From Octopus sinensis (taxonomy: Eukaryota), in assembly GCF_006345805.1 (NCBI RefSeq), contig NC_043026.1, positions 12,937,579 to 13,001,578 of the forward strand: a stretch of 64,000 nt of DNA. Direction: 5' to 3'. Positions within the stretch are counted from its first letter, which is position 1, and each line of letters opens with the position of its first letter. The notes beneath the pieces are model-generated. The model was not told the DNA's origin, ran no database searches, and worked only from the letters and a program-made list of their open reading frames with translations. Below are positions 62,610-64,000 of the stretch, one piece after another. The translations under genes were made by a program, and so were the position numbers.

Positions 62610-62845
62610 TTTTTAAAGTATCAGTAAGTGCATCGCAACAGCTGATGTACTTGCGTGTACAAATGCACGTTCCCACGGCTTTATCGATCGCATTCTCACC
62701 TGGAACTGATTTTTGTAATTTTTTCAAGACTCATACACGCCCGGATACTGTTGGTATCTACATATCAAATTTGAATGCAATCGGATGGAGGATGCCCAAG
62801 ATCCTAAAGGACACACAGACAGACAGAACGGATTTTATACAATAT
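62610..62845 (-). mobile_element. Helitron/DINE-like 5' fragment
   Basis: Reverse-complement homolog of 13050-13262. Confidence 0.6.
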
Positions 62846-63326
62846 ATATATCAAGGGTAACACAACACACACCCTGTTTGTTTACTTTATATATATATAT
62901 ATATATGTGTGTATGTAAATTTTTCAAGTCTTGTAAAGTCTATCATTTTCTTTTGTATACCATCTTATAAAAATATTTATTTTGCAATAAAATACTTACT
63001 GCAAAGAGATTTTTTGAACACCCTGTATAATGCAACAAATTATTAAAATGAAAGGATTTTAATTTCAAAATTCAGAACATTTTTAACAAAATATTTTAAA
63101 TTGACCAAAAAATATTTCCTCACAAATTTCAATGATAAAGTTTTGCCTAAATTTCTCAGTGATTTCTGTTTTTGCTGGATCTGAATTATTAACACAAAGA
63201 AAAGGAAAGTCTGCTTTTTACATTGAATGTTCTTTGCTTGTTTCTGATTTCATCATTGAATAATTTGTGGTTTTATGATACTCTAAGGAATATAAAGAAT
63301 ATATTTTTTGAAGTAATACTTTTGAG

Positions 63327-63845
63327 TCGTCATCATCATCGTTTAATGTCCGTTTTCCATGATGGCATGGGTTTATCAGATTGACCGAGGTCTGGAGAAC
63401 CAGCAGCTGCAGCAGGCTCCAATATTTCTACATCTGGATGCCCTTCCTAACACCAACCACTCCGAGTGTGTAGCGGACGCTTTTTATGTGCCACCGGCCC
63501 AGGAACCAGTCAGGCGGGCCTGGCGTTGATCATGTTCGGATAATGCTTTTTATGTGCCACTGGCCCAGGAGCCAGTGAGGCGGGCCTGGCATTGATCATG
63601 TTCGGATAATGCTTTTTATGTGCCACTGGCCCAGGAGCCAGTCAGGCGGGCCTGGCATTGATCATGTTCGGATAATGCTCTTTATGTGCCACTGGCCCAG
63701 GAGCCAGTGAGGCGGGCCTGGCATTGATCATGTTCGGATAATGCTCTTTATGTGCCACTGGCCCAGGAGCCAGTCAGGCGGGCCTGGCATTGATCATGTT
63801 CGGATAATGCTTTTTACGTGCCGCCAGCACGGGAGCCAGTCAGGG
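63327..63845 (-). mobile_element. (GAT)n-tailed retroposon with 5 x 66-bp array
   Basis: atgtgcc at 63486, 63552, 63618, 63684 and 63750; acgtgcc at 63816. Confidence 0.85.
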
Positions 63846-64000
63846 GGTGTCATAGTTTAATAGAAAATAATACATTACAGACCAGGTAGAGTGAAGTCAT
63901 CCTACTTCCATGAAAATAACCAATTAAGGGGAAATATCAGATGAAGACAATGAAGGATTGGCAATAAGAAGGGTGTCTGGTGATAGGGAATCTCAATTGG

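Overview
Eukaryotic, AT-rich and repeat-dense window. The organism is probably an octopus or other coleoid cephalopod (inference from the gene and repeat content). It holds a tandem cluster of C2H2 zinc-finger genes, each with its finger array in a single coding exon and no recognisable KRAB/SCAN/BTB/ZAD domain. Seven long finger ORFs plus one 5' relic fall into two families by leader, linker and upstream homology. Family A: 7979+, 24759-, 30880+, 44798+ and, more distantly, 59583+. Family B: 18285+ (3' part decayed), 55080- and a relic at about 1235-1720-. Paralogs share non-coding first exons, splice sites and promoter motifs, and show bounded near-identical tracts (start codon plus fingers 1-2; a 3'UTR cassette) that suggest gene conversion. 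Intergenic DNA contains at least four tRNA-headed SINE families, a (GAT)n-tailed retroposon, CR1/L2 and RTE LINE tails, MITEs with 8-bp, 9-bp, TA and TTAA target duplications, Helitron-like elements and fold-backs. The less expected observations are minimal hammerhead-ribozyme-like motifs in three repeat families (one behind a tRNA-type promoter in a head-to-head palindrome) and a 17 x 123-bp array built from a LINE 3' end. All alignments were made by eye, and repeat boundaries are approximate unless a TSD is quoted.
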